Positions 1-12,453 are shown, counted from the whole stretch's first letter. The stretch is DNA of 62,227 bases, filler included, from Chiloscyllium plagiosum (GCF_004010195.1; 3 parts of one record of this genome joined end to end with filler, not necessarily neighbours in it), one strand, 5' to 3'. Made by a program: numbers and translations. The notes: generated by a model from the sequence alone, not told the origin.

Positions 1-410
1 GTGGTAGCGGGTTTGTTTCAGGACATGGTTGAAGAGCTTCAGGGCAGAGGAAATGACCTGGGAGTTGCAGTGGGAGAGGGACTCCCTGAGATTCTTGTAG
101 AGAGAGGAGGAAAACTTCTTCAAGGCAGGCATCCTTGCAAGAGGATTCGCAGTAGGGTTAAAATCAACGAGGTAAAAACAATGACTGCAGATGCTGGAAA
201 CCAGAGTCAAGATTAGAGTTGTGCTGGAAAAGCACAGCAGTTCAGGCAGCATCTGAAAAGCAGGAAAATCAATGTTTCGGGCAAAAACAATGACTGCAGA
301 TGCTGGAAACCAGAGTCAAGATTAGAGTTGTGCTGGAAAAGCACAGCAGTTCAGGCAGCATCTGAAAAGCAGGAAAATCAATGTTTCGGGCAAAAGCCCA
401 TCAGGAATCC
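1..410 (-). mobile_element. 5' part of a Penelope-like element: degenerate HHR, duplicated ~109-nt leader, then the ORF start, which runs off the window
   Basis: On -, a degenerate HHR (~375-408) precedes the leader shared with the PLE ends at 8320-8445 and 55780-55870. ATG at 132 is open for 44 codons to the window edge: MPALKKFSSSLYKNLRESLSHCNSQVISSALKLFNHVLKQTRYH. Confidence 0.7.
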
Positions 411-1210
411 TGCCCTTTCCCCATAATCCTCAATTTCCTGACTGATCAAGAATCTCTCTATTCAGTCTGAAGTATACACAAGGACTCTGCTCCTCACAGC
501 TCTCTGTGGCAAGGAGTTCCAAAGATTCATGACCCTCTGAGTGAAGAAATTCCTCCTCATCTCAGTCTTAAATTGATGCCCCTTTATTCTGAGACTGTGC
601 CCACTGGTCCTAGACTCTCCCATGAGGGGAAACACCTCTCAGCATTTACCCATTTATCAAGCTCCTGAACAATTCTGTATGTTTCAGTGAGATCATTCTT
701 CAAAACCCCAGTGAGTAGAGCCCCTTTTATGAAGTCATACTGACTTTGCTTGATTAGAATATGATTTTCCAAACGTTCTGCTGTTTTACTTACTTAATAA
801 CTGATTCCATTTCTTTCCAACAATAAATGCTAGGTTAAGCAGCCTATAGTTACTCACATTTTGTTTTCATTTTGAATATGGGTGTCCCGTTAGCAGTTTT
901 CCAAACCTGTGGTTCTTGTCCAAAATTAAACAATGCTTGAAAACTTATAACTCATGCATCCACTATCTCTGTAGCTCCCTCTTTTAGGATCTGAGATTGC
1001 AAGCCATCAGGGCCAGGGGACTGCCTTTTGCCCCATTAGTTTGTCTAATACTATTTCTTGACCGCTGGTGATAATACTTAATTGCTTTCCCATTTTCTTT
1101 TGTATCAATGGGATGTTTGATATATCTTCCAATATAAAGACTGATGCAAATTACTGTTTAACTCCCCTACCATTTTCTTGTTCCCCAAAAGCATCTCCAG
1201 ATTCATTTTC
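410..1210 (-). mobile_element. Old CR1-type LINE fragments (RT C-terminus/3' region)
   Basis: Similar to the CR1 3' sequences at 34550-35030 and 58340-58850 (ctagactctcc...gaagaaattcctcctcatctcagtcttaaa). Confidence 0.6.
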
Positions 1211-2269
1211 TAGCAGTAATTACCACTGCACCACAACTGCCCCACTAGATTTAAAGTCTGATTTAAAGCAACATTAGCCACTGCAAGGACTGAATACACA
1301 ACCTTAACATCAGTAGCACCACACTCTGACTGACTCAACTAACCAGCCACCACAAGAGATGGATTAGAAACTGGATTCAAATCCTAGCTGTCCCAGAGGA
1401 ATGTCATCATAAATCTTAACAGATTCATTAAAAATATTTAAAAGCAGAATAGAGCAAATTTTCAGCAATTTATGGCTACTTGTGAAGCAAATGAATAGAT
1501 TATCTAATCACCACATTTATGTTAAACTCTCTTGTCTTTTTGCCAGCAAATTCTGGCTCAGTACCTGATTTTATTTGGACTTTATTTCTAGCTTTTGTCC
1601 CAGTCACGAATGGTTCAATCTGCTTGCTCTTCCAAGAACTGCCCCCATTTAAAGACAATTTCTTCATCAAACAAAGCAAATACAGGGGCCCATTATTAAC
1701 CTGGACTCTGCAGCTGCTGGTTTGTCATGGTTAATTTCCTCTTCTTACACACAATCTCAATTAAACACTGGACTAATTACTTAACATGCCTTTAAAAGGA
1801 TAGATAATTACTATGATTTTATCATAAAATGTTTCTTGAAAACATTAGGTCCAATCTAAACAAAAACATAAGACAATGATCTCACCAAACAGATGAAAAC
1901 AAACAGAGAGAAGCAAGGTAGATGTTCACACTGTCCAATAAAACAAAATGGGCAGTGAATTCACTCACATCCATTTCACATGAGAACAAAAAGGCAAAAT
2001 CTAACTTTTCATAGGAGAAAGCGAGTGAATTGTTCCTGTTCCTCATCTCTTACAGTACATTAGTTTTAACAGTTCACTTGCCTGTTAAGGCAGTGAAGGA
2101 ATGTGGTAACACATACATGCCATAGCATTGTAAAACATCGCGTCAATTTATTTTATGGGCAAAGTAGAATTATGTTCTATTTGCTTTTTGTAAAATAAAT
2201 CCTAGCTTCCTTCCTTTGCCTCAAGGCACTGACGTACACATGCTGTTACACTCAGGCTCCACCATCTTC

Positions 2270-2790
2270 AAGGCACAAGTCAGGAGTGTGATGGAATACT
2301 CCCCACTTGCCCTGGATGGGGGCAGCCCCAAGAACACTCAAGAAGCTTGACACCAACAAGGACAAAGCAGCCCGGTTAATTGGTCCCACATTCATAAAGA
2401 TCCACCACTGACGCTGAGTAACAGTGTGTACTATCTACAAGATATGCGGCAGAAATTCACCAACGAACCTCAGACAGCACCTTCTAACCCATGACCATTT
2501 CCATCCAGAAGGACAAGGGCAGCAGATACATAAAAAAAGCACCTCCTGCAAGTTCCCCTCCAAGCCACTCCATCCTGACTTTGAAATATATTGTTTCCTT
2601 CAGTGTCACTGGGTAAAGACCCTGGAATTCCCTCACCAAGGGCATTATGGGAAAGACTATAGCACATGGACTGCAGCGGTTTGTGACAGCAGCTCATGCC
2701 CACCTCCTCAAGGGCAACAAGAATTGGGTAAGAAAAGTTGGTCTTGCTGGTGATGCTCATGTTCTGTCTGGTAAATTTTTAAAATGGGCT
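2270..2790 (+). mobile_element. CR1-group LINE, family B, 3' end
   Basis: caagtcaggagtgtgatggaatactccccacttgcctggatg encodes QVRSVMEYSPLA, an RT C-terminal motif. The same family recurs at 29.6, 39.1, 43.4, 57.8 and 59.8 kb. Confidence 0.6.
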
Positions 2791-2819
2791 ATTAGTGATT
2801 TGGGCTGAATTTTATACAG

Positions 2820-4520
2820 AGCATAGAACATTACAGCGCAGTGCAGGCCCTTCTACAGAACATAGAACCCATCCTTCTATACCGGTCATTTATAAAAATG
2901 ACAAACAGCAGTGGCCCCAAAACAGATCCTTGCGGTACACCACTCATAACTGAACTCCAGGATGAACATTTCCCATCAACCACTGCACTCTGCCTTCTAG
3001 CCAATTTCTGATCCAAACTGCTAAATCACCCTCAATCCCATGCCTCCGTTTTTTTCTGCAATAGCCTACCGTGGGGAACCTTATCAAATGCTTTACTGAA
3101 ATCCATATACACCACATCAACCGCTTTATCCTCATCGACCTTTGGTCACCTTCTCAAAGAACTCAATAAGGCTTGTGAGGCATGACCTACCCTTCACAAA
3201 ACCATGTTGACTATCTCTAATCAACTTAATCCTTTCTAGGTAGTTATAAATCCTATCTCTTATAACCTTTTCCAACACTTTATCCACAAACAAAGTACGG
3301 CTCACTGGTCTATAATTACCAGGGTTGTCTCTACTCCCCTTCTTGAACAAGGGGACAACATTTACTATCCTCCAGTCTTCTGGCACTATTCCTGTAGTCA
3401 ATGATGATATAAAGATCAAAGCCAAAGGCTCTGCAATCTTCTCCCTGGCTTCCCAGAGAATCCTCGGAAAATTCCCATCCAGCCCAAAGGACTTATCTAT
3501 TTTCACACGTTCCAGAATTGCTAACACTTCCTCCTTATGAACCTCAATCCCATCTAGTCTTGGAGCATGTATCTCAGTATTCTCCTCAACAGCATGAATA
3601 CTGTTCATTTAGTGCTTCCCCATCTCCTCTGACTCCGAGCACAACTTCTCACTACTATCCTTGATTGTCCCTAATCTTTCTATTGTGATTCTTTTCTTCC
3701 TGACATACCTATAGAAAGCTTTAGGGTTTTCCTTGATCTTATCAGCCAATGACTTCTCATGTCCCCTCCTGGTTCTCCTTAACTCTCTCTATAGGTCTTT
3801 CCTGGCTAACTTGTAACTCCCTACCACCCTAACTGAGCCTTCACGCTTCATCCCAACATCAGCCTCCTTCTTCCTCTTGACAAGAGATTCAACATCTTTA
3901 GTAAACCATGACTCCCTTGCTCAACCACTTCCTCCCTGCCTGACAGGTACATACTTAGCAAGGACACGCAGTAGCTGTTCCTTGAACAACCTCCACATTT
4001 CAATTCTGCCCATCCCCTGCAGTTTCCTTCCCTATCTTATACAGCCTAAATCTTGCCTAATTGCATCACAATTGCCTTTCCCCCAGCAATAACTCTTGCC
4101 CTGCGATATATACCTACCCCTAGGAGAAAGTAAGGATTGCAGATGCTGGAGATCAGAGTCGAGAGCCTGGTGTTGGAAAAGCACAGCAGGTCAGGCAGCA
4201 ACTGAGCAGCAGGAGAATCGACGTTCTGGGAATAAGCACTTTCCTGATGATGGGCTTATGCCCGAAATGTTGACTCTCCTGCTCCTTGGATGCTGCCTGA
4301 CATGCTGTGCTTTTCCAGCACCACACTCTCAACCCATAAACTTATCCCCATCAATTGCTAAAGTAACCGTAACCAAATTGTGGTCACTAACATCAAAGTG
4401 CTCACCTACCTCCAAATCTAACACCATTATCCAGCACCAAATCCAATGTGGCCTTGTCCCTTGTTGGCCTGACTACATACTGTGTCAGGAAACCCTCCTG
4501 TACACATTGGATAAAAACTG
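2820..4520 (-). mobile_element. CR1 LINE ORF2 remnant (endonuclease to RT), interrupted by a PLE fold-back insert at ~4120-4333
   Basis: ORF-track peptides PEDWRIVNVVPLFKKGSRDNPGNYRPVS, SQHGFVKGRSCLTSLIEFFE and [20 protein letters not shown], with frameshifts. Confidence 0.9.
4120..4333. mobile_element. PLE-derived fold-back insertion with central HHR (family A)
   Basis: Inverted arms ggaaaagcacagcaggtcaggcagca / tgctgcctgacatgctgtgcttttcc. CTGATGA at 4244-4250, GGGC-TTAT-GCCC stem, GAAA at 4264-4267. Confidence 0.8.
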
Positions 4521-4759
4521 ACCAAATATATAACCTCACTTACCCAGCAGTCCCATGTCCGCTCCTGCTCAGTGTGCGTTCTGACTTTACGAGGTAAGTT
4601 TTTATACTTTAAATTTACCTTCCCATCAGGCCCCTGGTCCTTGCTGTTGCTCCTCCCACTGCAACTGCCACCGATAAAATGAAGCCACTTCCCTGTGGGC
4701 GTGTTGCAGATGGAGATGCCCTTAAAGTGCCTTTCCCAACATTTTGTACCATTTTAGCA

Positions 4760-5690
4760 AAACTCCTTACTCTTATTTGATTTGAGATACAGTGAAAAGT
4801 ATTGTTTTGTGTGCTATCTAGGCAAATCACACTTTACATAAGTACATCAGGGTAATAGAGCAGAACACAGAATATAGTGTTACAGCTACAGAGAAGGTGC
4901 AGAGAAAGACCAACTCTAATATATGAGAGATCCATTCACAAGTCTGATAATATCAGGGAAGAAGCTGTTCTTGAATCTGTTGGTACATGTTTTCAAACGA
5001 ATGTATCATCTGCCCAATGTCAGAGGCTGGAAGAGGGTATAACCGGGGTGGGAGGGGTCTTTGACGATGTTGGCTGCTTTCCCAAGGCAGCAGGAAGTAT
5101 AGATGGAGTCAGTGGATGGAAGGTATTTTTTTTGTGGGATGGACTGGGCTGTGTTCATGTCTCTGTAGTTTCTTGTGGTGCTGGTGAGAGCAGTTGCCAT
5201 ACCAAGCTGTGATACGTCTGGATAGGATGCTTTCTATAGTGTATCTATAAAAATTGGTGAGAGTCACTGTGGACATGCTGAATTTCCTTAGCCTCCTGAG
5301 GAAGTGGAGGTGTTGGTGTGCTTTCTGACTGTAGCATCAATGTGGATGGACAAGGACAGATTGTTGATGATATTTACTCCCAGGAACCTGAAATCTTGAC
5401 CAGCTCCACCTCAGCCCCATGGATAGAGACAGGGGCATGTCCTCCACTCCACTTCCTGAAGTCGATGACCAGCTCCTTTGTTTTGCTGACATTGAGGGAG
5501 AGATTGCTGTCTTTACACAATGTCGCTAAGCTGTCTATCTCCTTCCTGTACTCCAACTCATCATTGTCTGAGAGCTGACCCACTAGGGTGGTGTCATCAG
5601 CAAATATATACATGGGGTTAGAGATGAATTTGGCCGCACAGTTGTGAGTGTGTAAGGAGTACAGTAAGGGGTTGATTATGCAGCCATAAA
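4760..5690 (-). mobile_element. Rex1/Babar-type LINE, RT C-terminus and 3' end
   Basis: FADDTTLVGQLSDNDELEYRKEI...LSLNVSKTKELVIDFRK and KAANIVKDPSHPGYTLFQPL. Confidence 0.8.
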
Positions 5691-6911
5691 TGCTCGGTCT
5701 AGACCAATAAAGGAAAGCATCCAGTATGCCTGTATTACCATCTTATCGACCTGTTCTGCTATCTTTGGGAATATGTAAGCATTCAATATAAAGTCCTTCT
5801 GTTCCTCTGCATTCTCAATACTCTTTCATTTATTTCCTCGCCTGGTTTAATCTTCCTAAATCTATTATCTCATGCTCCCTGAATTCCAGTTGCCACTTTT
5901 CTATACCTGACCAGTACACTGATAATTTCCTGTAATCTAGAGAATCCTTCCTAACTATAAACCACACAACCAATTGGTGTATCATCTGCAAGTTTCCTAA
6001 ACTTGCCTCCCGCAGTCTGACTTATTTCTCTATACCATGAGCACCACAAAACATTCACAATCTATCATCCTTCACTTTCGTACGCTGAGGCAATGTTGAG
6101 TCCCATTTCCACTTTTCCTTGGATCCTGTGTACTTTTCATTTATCAATCAGTCTGTCACACGAAACCTTGCTAAAATTCATATAGACAACATTAAATGCA
6201 CTAGTCTCATGACCTCCCTTGTTGGCCAGAAATGACCTTCCCTTAACAAATCCATGCAGACTGTTCATAGCTGAATCCATATCTCTCCAAATGGAAATTT
6301 ATTCATTGTCTCAGAATTTTTATCAATAATTTATCCCACTGTAAAATCTGGAATGATTAGCCTGCAATTATGTTTTCTTGCTCTTTCAGAATGGATGTAA
6401 CATCAGCTGATATCCAGTGCTTTGTCAGAATGTCAGGATCAGAAATAATTTGAAAGACATAGTCAGAAGCTTTGTTCTTTTTTTATATTTCCCTTGCTTT
6501 TTTGCATGATGTGGGAAAGCAAATCTTTTGTATATGGAATACTTAAGAGTGATCAGTGAAAGAGTTAAGCAATAATTGTAACATTCAGTTACAGAATTTG
6601 AGTATTACTGAGAAAAGGACACAATTTTATCAAAGCTTTTCAAATTACAACTGTCAGGACAATTTGCAATACGCCCCTAAGTGAACAGAAAACAACATTG
6701 ATACTGTATGAGAGGAGCGTGCTGATTGATTGGTAAGTGGAGTCTGATTGTCATGGAGAAGGCACCAGCTAGATGATGATTGGAAAGTTTTGTTTAAATT
6801 TTAACCAGGCAAATTGACTCTGTTTGACCAAGGCATCACCCTGAGAAATAAACCAGAATATTTTCTGGAATTGAGAGAAGTGCAATGAATAGCTATGTTT
6901 CTTTTTGTTTT

Positions 6912-7200
6912 GCACAGCTGCCTCACAGCGCCAGGGACCTGGGTTTGATTCCACCCTTGGGTGACTGCCTGTGTGGAGTTTGCTCAATCTCCCCGTATCT
7001 ACGTGAGTTTCCTCCCACAGTCCAAAGATGTGCAGGTCAGGTGGATTTCCCCATCTTGTGCAGGTTTGGTGGATTGGCCATGGGAAATGCAGGGTTACGG
7101 GGGGTAGGGTGGGTCCAGGTGGGATGCTCTTCAGAAGGTTGATGCAGACTCAATGGGCCAAATGGCCTCTATCTGCACTGCAGGGATTTTCTGATTCTCT
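6912..7200 (+). mobile_element. HE1-like V-SINE (degenerate)
   Basis: tRNA-like head (gcctcacagcgccagggacctgggtttgattcc), V-domain-like core (tgtgtggagtttgc...tttcctcccacagtccaaagatgtgcagg) and a CR1-like tail. Confidence 0.75.
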
Positions 7201-7264
7201 CAGCAAATTATATTAATATATGCAGCTTCCAAAATGCAACACACTACAAGCTTGCTTGATTAAT

Positions 7265-7570
7265 GGGCGGCAATGTGGCTCAGTGGTTAGCACTGCTGCC
7301 TCACTGCACCAGGGACCCATGTTCAATTCCAGCCTCGGGCTGTGTGGAGTTTGTGCATTCTCCCCATGTGCGTGTGGGTTTCCTCCGGGTGCTCCGGTTT
7401 CCTCCCACAGTCCAAAGATGTGCACGTCAGGTGAACTGGTCATGCTAAATTGCCCACAGGTTAGGTGCATTAGTTAGAGGGAAATGGGTCTGGGTGGGTT
7501 ACTCTTCGGAGGATCGGTGTGGACTTGTTGGGCTGAAGGGCCTGTTTCCACACTGTAGGGAATCTAAATA
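7265..7570 (+). mobile_element. HE1-like V-SINE, full length
   Basis: A-box gtggctcagtgg, B-box gttcaattcc, V core, tail gggcctgtttccacactgtagggaatcta. Confidence 0.85.
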
Positions 7571-7574
7571 ATCC

Positions 7575-8445
7575 CATGCTCAGGTCCATGCCCCTAACAA
7601 CCCACCCTCCCATCCTGGAACCTTCCCCTGCCACCGGAGGAATTGCAAGACCTGCGCCCATACCTCCTCCCAAGGCATCACCCTGAGAAATAAACCAGAA
7701 TATTTTCTGGAATTGAGAGAAGTGCAATGAATAGCTATGTTTCATCCAAGGCCCTAAAGGAGCCTTCCACATCCATCAATGTTTCACCTGAACTTGCACC
7801 AATGTCATTTATTGTATCTGTTGCTCCCGATGCAGTCTCCTTTATGTTGGAGAGATTGGACGCCTTCTTGCAGAGTGCTTTAGGGAACATCTCCGGGACA
7901 CCCACACCAATTAACCCCACCGCCCCATGGCCAAACATTTCAACTCCCCCTCCCATTCTGCCGAGGACATGCAGGTCCTGGGCCTCCTCTATCACTACTC
8001 CCTCACCACTCGATGCCTGGAGGAAGAACACCCCATCTTCTGCCTCAGGACCCTGAAATCCCAGGGCATCAATGTGGACTTCACCAGTTTCCTCATTTCC
8101 CCTCCCACGACCTTACCCCAGTTCCAATCTTCCACTTCAGCACTGTCCTCATGATCTGTCCCACCTGTCAATCTTGCTTCCCACCTATCCGCTCCACCCT
8201 CCTCTCTGACCTATCACCTTTACCCCCATCTCCATCCACCTATTGCACTCACAGCTACCTTCTCCCCAACCCCACACCCCTCCCATTTATCTCTTCACCC
8301 CGAGGCTCCCAGCCTCATTCCTGATGAAGGCTTTTGCCCAAAACGTCGATTTTCCTGCTCCTCGGATGCTGCCTGACCTGCTGTGCTTTTCCAGAACCAC
8401 TCTAATCTAGACTCTAATTTACAGCATCTACAGTACGCAATTCTG
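7575..8445 (+). mobile_element. Penelope-like element 3' part: GIY-YIG endonuclease, 3' UTR, HHR motif, tail
   Basis: Translates to NVIYCICCSRCSLLYVGEIGRLLAECFREHL and AKHFNSPSHS...LKSQGINVDF. CTGATGA at 8321-8327. Confidence 0.9.
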
Positions 8446-9079
8446 CCTGCCTAATAAGTCTATGTTATCTGTCAGCATGATTCTTTGCACACTTAGCATT
8501 ATTTAGTAATGTTCTCCAATTGTGAAGTCACATCTAACATTGGACACTGTGTTTTGAGATTTGTAAGTGTGCTCATTGAGGACAGTCAGCATCTGATTGT
8601 TGCAAACAGCTGAAGGGATATGCTGCTTGATACAGTCTTTGTGGTGTTATCTGAACAAAAGATAATCAGATATCGTCCCACTCTCATCCACACAGGTGGC
8701 AAGAACCTCATCACTATTGACAATTGCAGTGGTCAAGGCTGCTTGGATGCTAGCCTTGCGTCTCCATACCTGCTTCACCTGCAGACACACCTTCTTGTCC
8801 CTGAGCACTGACCAACTTTGAATTGCCTAATCTGAGCAGTTTGACTGCTTCCTGTAACTTGTGCCCTTTCTAATGTGGCACAATGCCTGCCACTCAGACT
8901 CTAGCTCCTCAAATCTCAGCTGAAGTTCTTCAAGTTACAAACACTGACTCCAGTGGGACAGAGGTGTCACTGACAGCTAGCGTGGGGGAGTGCAGCAAGC
9001 AAAGCTTTGACTGCAAGACAAAAAGCCACAGAGTTATAGAGCACAGAAACAGGCCTTTCAACCCACCATATCTATGCTG

Positions 9080-9215
9080 GCCAACAAACACCAAAGCAAA
9101 AGCTAAAAAATTGCTGGAAAATCTCAGCAGGTCTAGCACCAGCTATGGAGAGAAATCAGAGTTAACGTTTTGAATCCAGTGACCGTTCAGATTTGAATTC
9201 TGAAGAAGGGATATG
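9080..9215. mobile_element. PLE-end fragment (family C) with degenerate HHRs
   Basis: ttgctggaaaatctcagcaggtctagcacc...cagagttaacgttttgaatccagtgacc is the antisense of the family C end seen at 46343-46470. Confidence 0.6.
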
Positions 9216-9309
9216 TTGAAAAGTAAGAAACTAAACTAAGGGTTCATGTTTTCTGTCTCTTGACCCACCATGGTATGAAACTTTTTTTTAATTTAGAAAT
9301 AAAATGCCA

Positions 9310-9430
9310 AGCGTTTTTATGGTGTAGTGGTAGAGTCCCTGCCCCTGAGTCAGGACGTTTGGCTTCAAATACCACTTGCTCCAGAAAGGTATAACATTTC
9401 TGAAGAGGATGATTATGAAAATGACTAGAA
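9310..9430 (+). mobile_element. tRNA-derived SINE, second family
   Basis: A-box tggtgtagtgg and a degenerate B-box. Homologous to the minus-strand copies at 32950-33530 and 41920-42040. Confidence 0.55.
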
Positions 9431-9569
9431 ATCAAACCCAGCAGCCTATTAGTCTGCAGTTACCTTCTGACTTAGATCCTGCATACAAAAATGGTCAGTT
9501 AAAGCAAAGGACTGATCGGGTTTGTGAGCAGACCCAGTGTGAATTTGTATTTTTCGGAAAGGACGGTCA

Positions 9570-10850
9570 AACATGGTCATACAGCATGGAAACAGACCAA
9601 AAACAATGACTGCAGATGCTGGAAACCAGATTCTGGATTAGTGGTGCTGGAAGAGCACAGCAGTTCAGGCAGCATCCAAGGAGCTTCGAAATCGACATTT
9701 CGGGCAAAAGCCCTTCATCAGGAATAAAGGCAGTGAGCCTGGAGTGTGGAGAGATAAGCTAGAGGAGGGTGGGGGTGGGGAGAAAGTAGCATAGAGCACA
9801 ACAGACCGTTCAGTCCAACCAGTCCATGCCACCCATAATCCCAATGTAAACCAGCCACCACCTGTCTGCTCCTGGCACATATCCCTCCAACCTTTCCTAT
9901 TCATGTATTATCTAAGTTTCTTTTAAACATTATAACTGTACCTACTTCCTCAGAAAGTTCATTCTACACACAAACTACCCTCAATGTTAAAAATTTGCCC
10001 CCCACCCCGTGTCTTTGTTATATATATCACTTCTCACCTTAAAATATGCCCTCTAGTCTTGAAAGTCCACACATACCAGGAAAAAGATACCACCATTAAC
10101 CTTATCTATACCTCTCATGATTTTATAAACCTGTGTCAGGTCACCTCTCTACCTCCTATGCTCCAGTGAAAATAGTATCTTTATAACTCAAACCTTTGAT
10201 ACGCGGCAACATCCTGGTAAATCTCCTCTGAACCCTTTCCAGCTTAATTATATCCTTCTTATGGTGGAGTGAACAGAATGGGACACAATATTCTAGAAGA
10301 GGTCTCACCAATGTCCTGAACAACCTCAACATGACGTCCCAATTCCTATAAACAAAGGACTGAGCAATGAAGGTAAATGTGCCAAATGCCTTGTTAACTA
10401 CCCTGTCTATACTTCAAAGGATTATGTACCTGAACCATTGGGTCCCTCTGTTGTTGAACACTACACAAGGCCCTACTATTAATTGTATAAGCTCTACCCT
10501 TGTTTGTTGTAGCAAAATGCATTTATCCAGATTGAATTTCATCTGTCATTTTTCAGCCCATTGACCCACTTAATCAAGATCCCTTTGTAACCTTAGAAAA
10601 CTTTCTTCACTGTCTACTATACCACAGGTTATGGTGTCATCTGCAAACTTATTAACCATTCCTTCTATATTCTCATCCAAATCATTGATATAAAAGACAC
10701 ACAAAAAGTGGACCCAGAACCGAACCCTGTGGAACACTGCTAGTCACAGGCTTCCAGCCTGAAAGACAACCCTCCACCACCACCCTCTGTCTCTGCTGTT
10801 AAGCCAATTATGTAACTAATTAGCAAGCTCACCCTGAATCCCAATATGGG
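9570..10850 (-). mobile_element. CR1 LINE 3' portion with a nested PLE end (9598-9800)
   Basis: CR1 tail (catacagcatggaaacagacc...gtccaaccagtccatgcc) and RT motif gtcatctgcaaactt (antisense of KFADD). The nested PLE end carries an HHR. Confidence 0.8.
9691..9724 (-). ncRNA. Minimal type-I hammerhead ribozyme motif (family A)
   Basis: Reverse complement ttcCTGATGA-a-GGGC-tttt-GCCC-GAAA-tg-TC-gat. Core intact, helix III has a U-G pair. Confidence 0.6.
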
Positions 10851-11129
10851 GAAAGTCTCACTAAATAAAAATTGGGGCCAAATAGAACGGATTGGTATTT
10901 CCATTTCTGTAAATGTCTCTAAAAGAAAAATGCTTCCACCACTGTTATCTTTCAATTTTAACTGAGCAATCTTTTATTCTTAACATTACAAATCTTGCCA
11001 TGTTTAAATCGATGCATTTTATTTCATGCTTGCTGAAGCTTGGCCAAGAAGAGGTGTGTTTTTTCATAGTTTGATTAGTGTAGTCTCTCCTGCCATCAAT
11101 GATCAGAACTTCAGAAATACAATGATCAA

Positions 11130-11600
11130 ATAAATTCATCACAGTGCATGATCATGGTAAAGACACAGAGATGAATTGACATCTCCTCACTTTATGACTG
11201 ACTGAATGAATTATTTTGCTTTTCAGTTTAAATATAATGTGCTTTTCAAACCCTTTTACACAAAAAAGATGTCAGTGCACTTTTCCTGTTATTAATGATA
11301 GTGATAGGACAGCATATGACATTGATTCATTAAGCTATTAAAATGGTCATTATCATTCTGAGACAGGGTTGTGCATGTTAGAGCCTGCAAGAGGCAAATG
11401 CAGTAAAAATGATTCTGCCACTTAGTTTTTTTTACTGAAATGCTCTCTGTAAGTCAGCAGAATGTTTACTATGGAGAAATAAAAACATCCTTAAAGCAAA
11501 TCTTTATACGTAAATGAAGCCAGGATATGAGTCAGGTGCAATGATTAATGGGTTGATTTTCCTGATTAATAACTTTGAGAAATACATATTTCCCTGGACA
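11130..11600. promoter_or_regulatory. Candidate conserved non-coding enhancer
   Basis: Repeat-free, AT-rich, non-coding. TGATTCATTA (11323) and TGATTAATGG (11542) match the Pbx-Hox motif TGATNNATKR. Also TGACA (11177, 11317) and TTTATGAC (11191). Confidence 0.4.
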
Positions 11601-12257
11601 CCATTACTCAGAACAAAGGGGCAGAAATGCATCTTTTGTTAGATTTCTAAACCCTTACATTGCTTTGAGATGTTCAGTGCTTTGTGCTCGAAGTGGGATT
11701 GGATCTAGATCGACATTGGGTGCAGGCTCAATGTGTTGATGCTAAGAGACATTTCCAACGTTGAGTTACAAGGAGCTTTCTATTGGATGCTGCCACGTGC
11801 AAGGTTTTAGAATGAGTCTTTTGCTGTGTTGTGCCCTTTGATTTGCTCTGGCCACATTCTCTGCCCAATGGGAGGCTGCAGTGACGTTTCCCTAATCAAT
11901 GCTTTGGATTGCTGACTTCCAGCTGCAACCAACTGTCCTGACCTTGTAGGAAAGACATGTGGCTCTACATTTTAGAGAAAAGCAATATAATTCAAATTTC
12001 TCATGCTTTCTGGTAGCATTAGATCTGAGCACCATCAGCGGGTCAGAGGGATGTAGGTACATCTATTTTAAAGTTCCTTTGAATCTGCTTTATCCCTCCT
12101 AAAGGAGATCACTACATTTGTGTGATAATTTCAATTCTCATACTAAGTATGCAAAATTACCAATTTGGTGCCTTCAATTTGAGGCATTTTGGAATACAAA
12201 TTGGTTCATATCTATATTAAATGCATACCCATTTGGTTTCTTCCTAAATTCTTATTC

Positions 12258-12453
12258 CGGATGCTCCGGTTTCCTCCCACAGTCCAAAAATGTGCAGGTT
12301 AGGTGAATTGGCCAGGCTAAATTGCCCGTAGTGTTAGGTGAAGGGGTAAATGTAGGGGAATGGGTCTGGGTGGGTTGCGCTTCAGCGGGTCGGTGTGGAC
12401 TTGTTGGGCCGAAGGGCCTGTTTCCACACTGTAAGTAGTCTAATCTAATCTAA
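12258..12453 (+). mobile_element. 5'-truncated HE1-like V-SINE
   Basis: V core and tail ending in (tctaa)n. Confidence 0.8.

Noticed and set aside
11658..11964. Minus-strand exon-like segment (tag ... gtaagg)
   Set aside because: All three frames contain stops.
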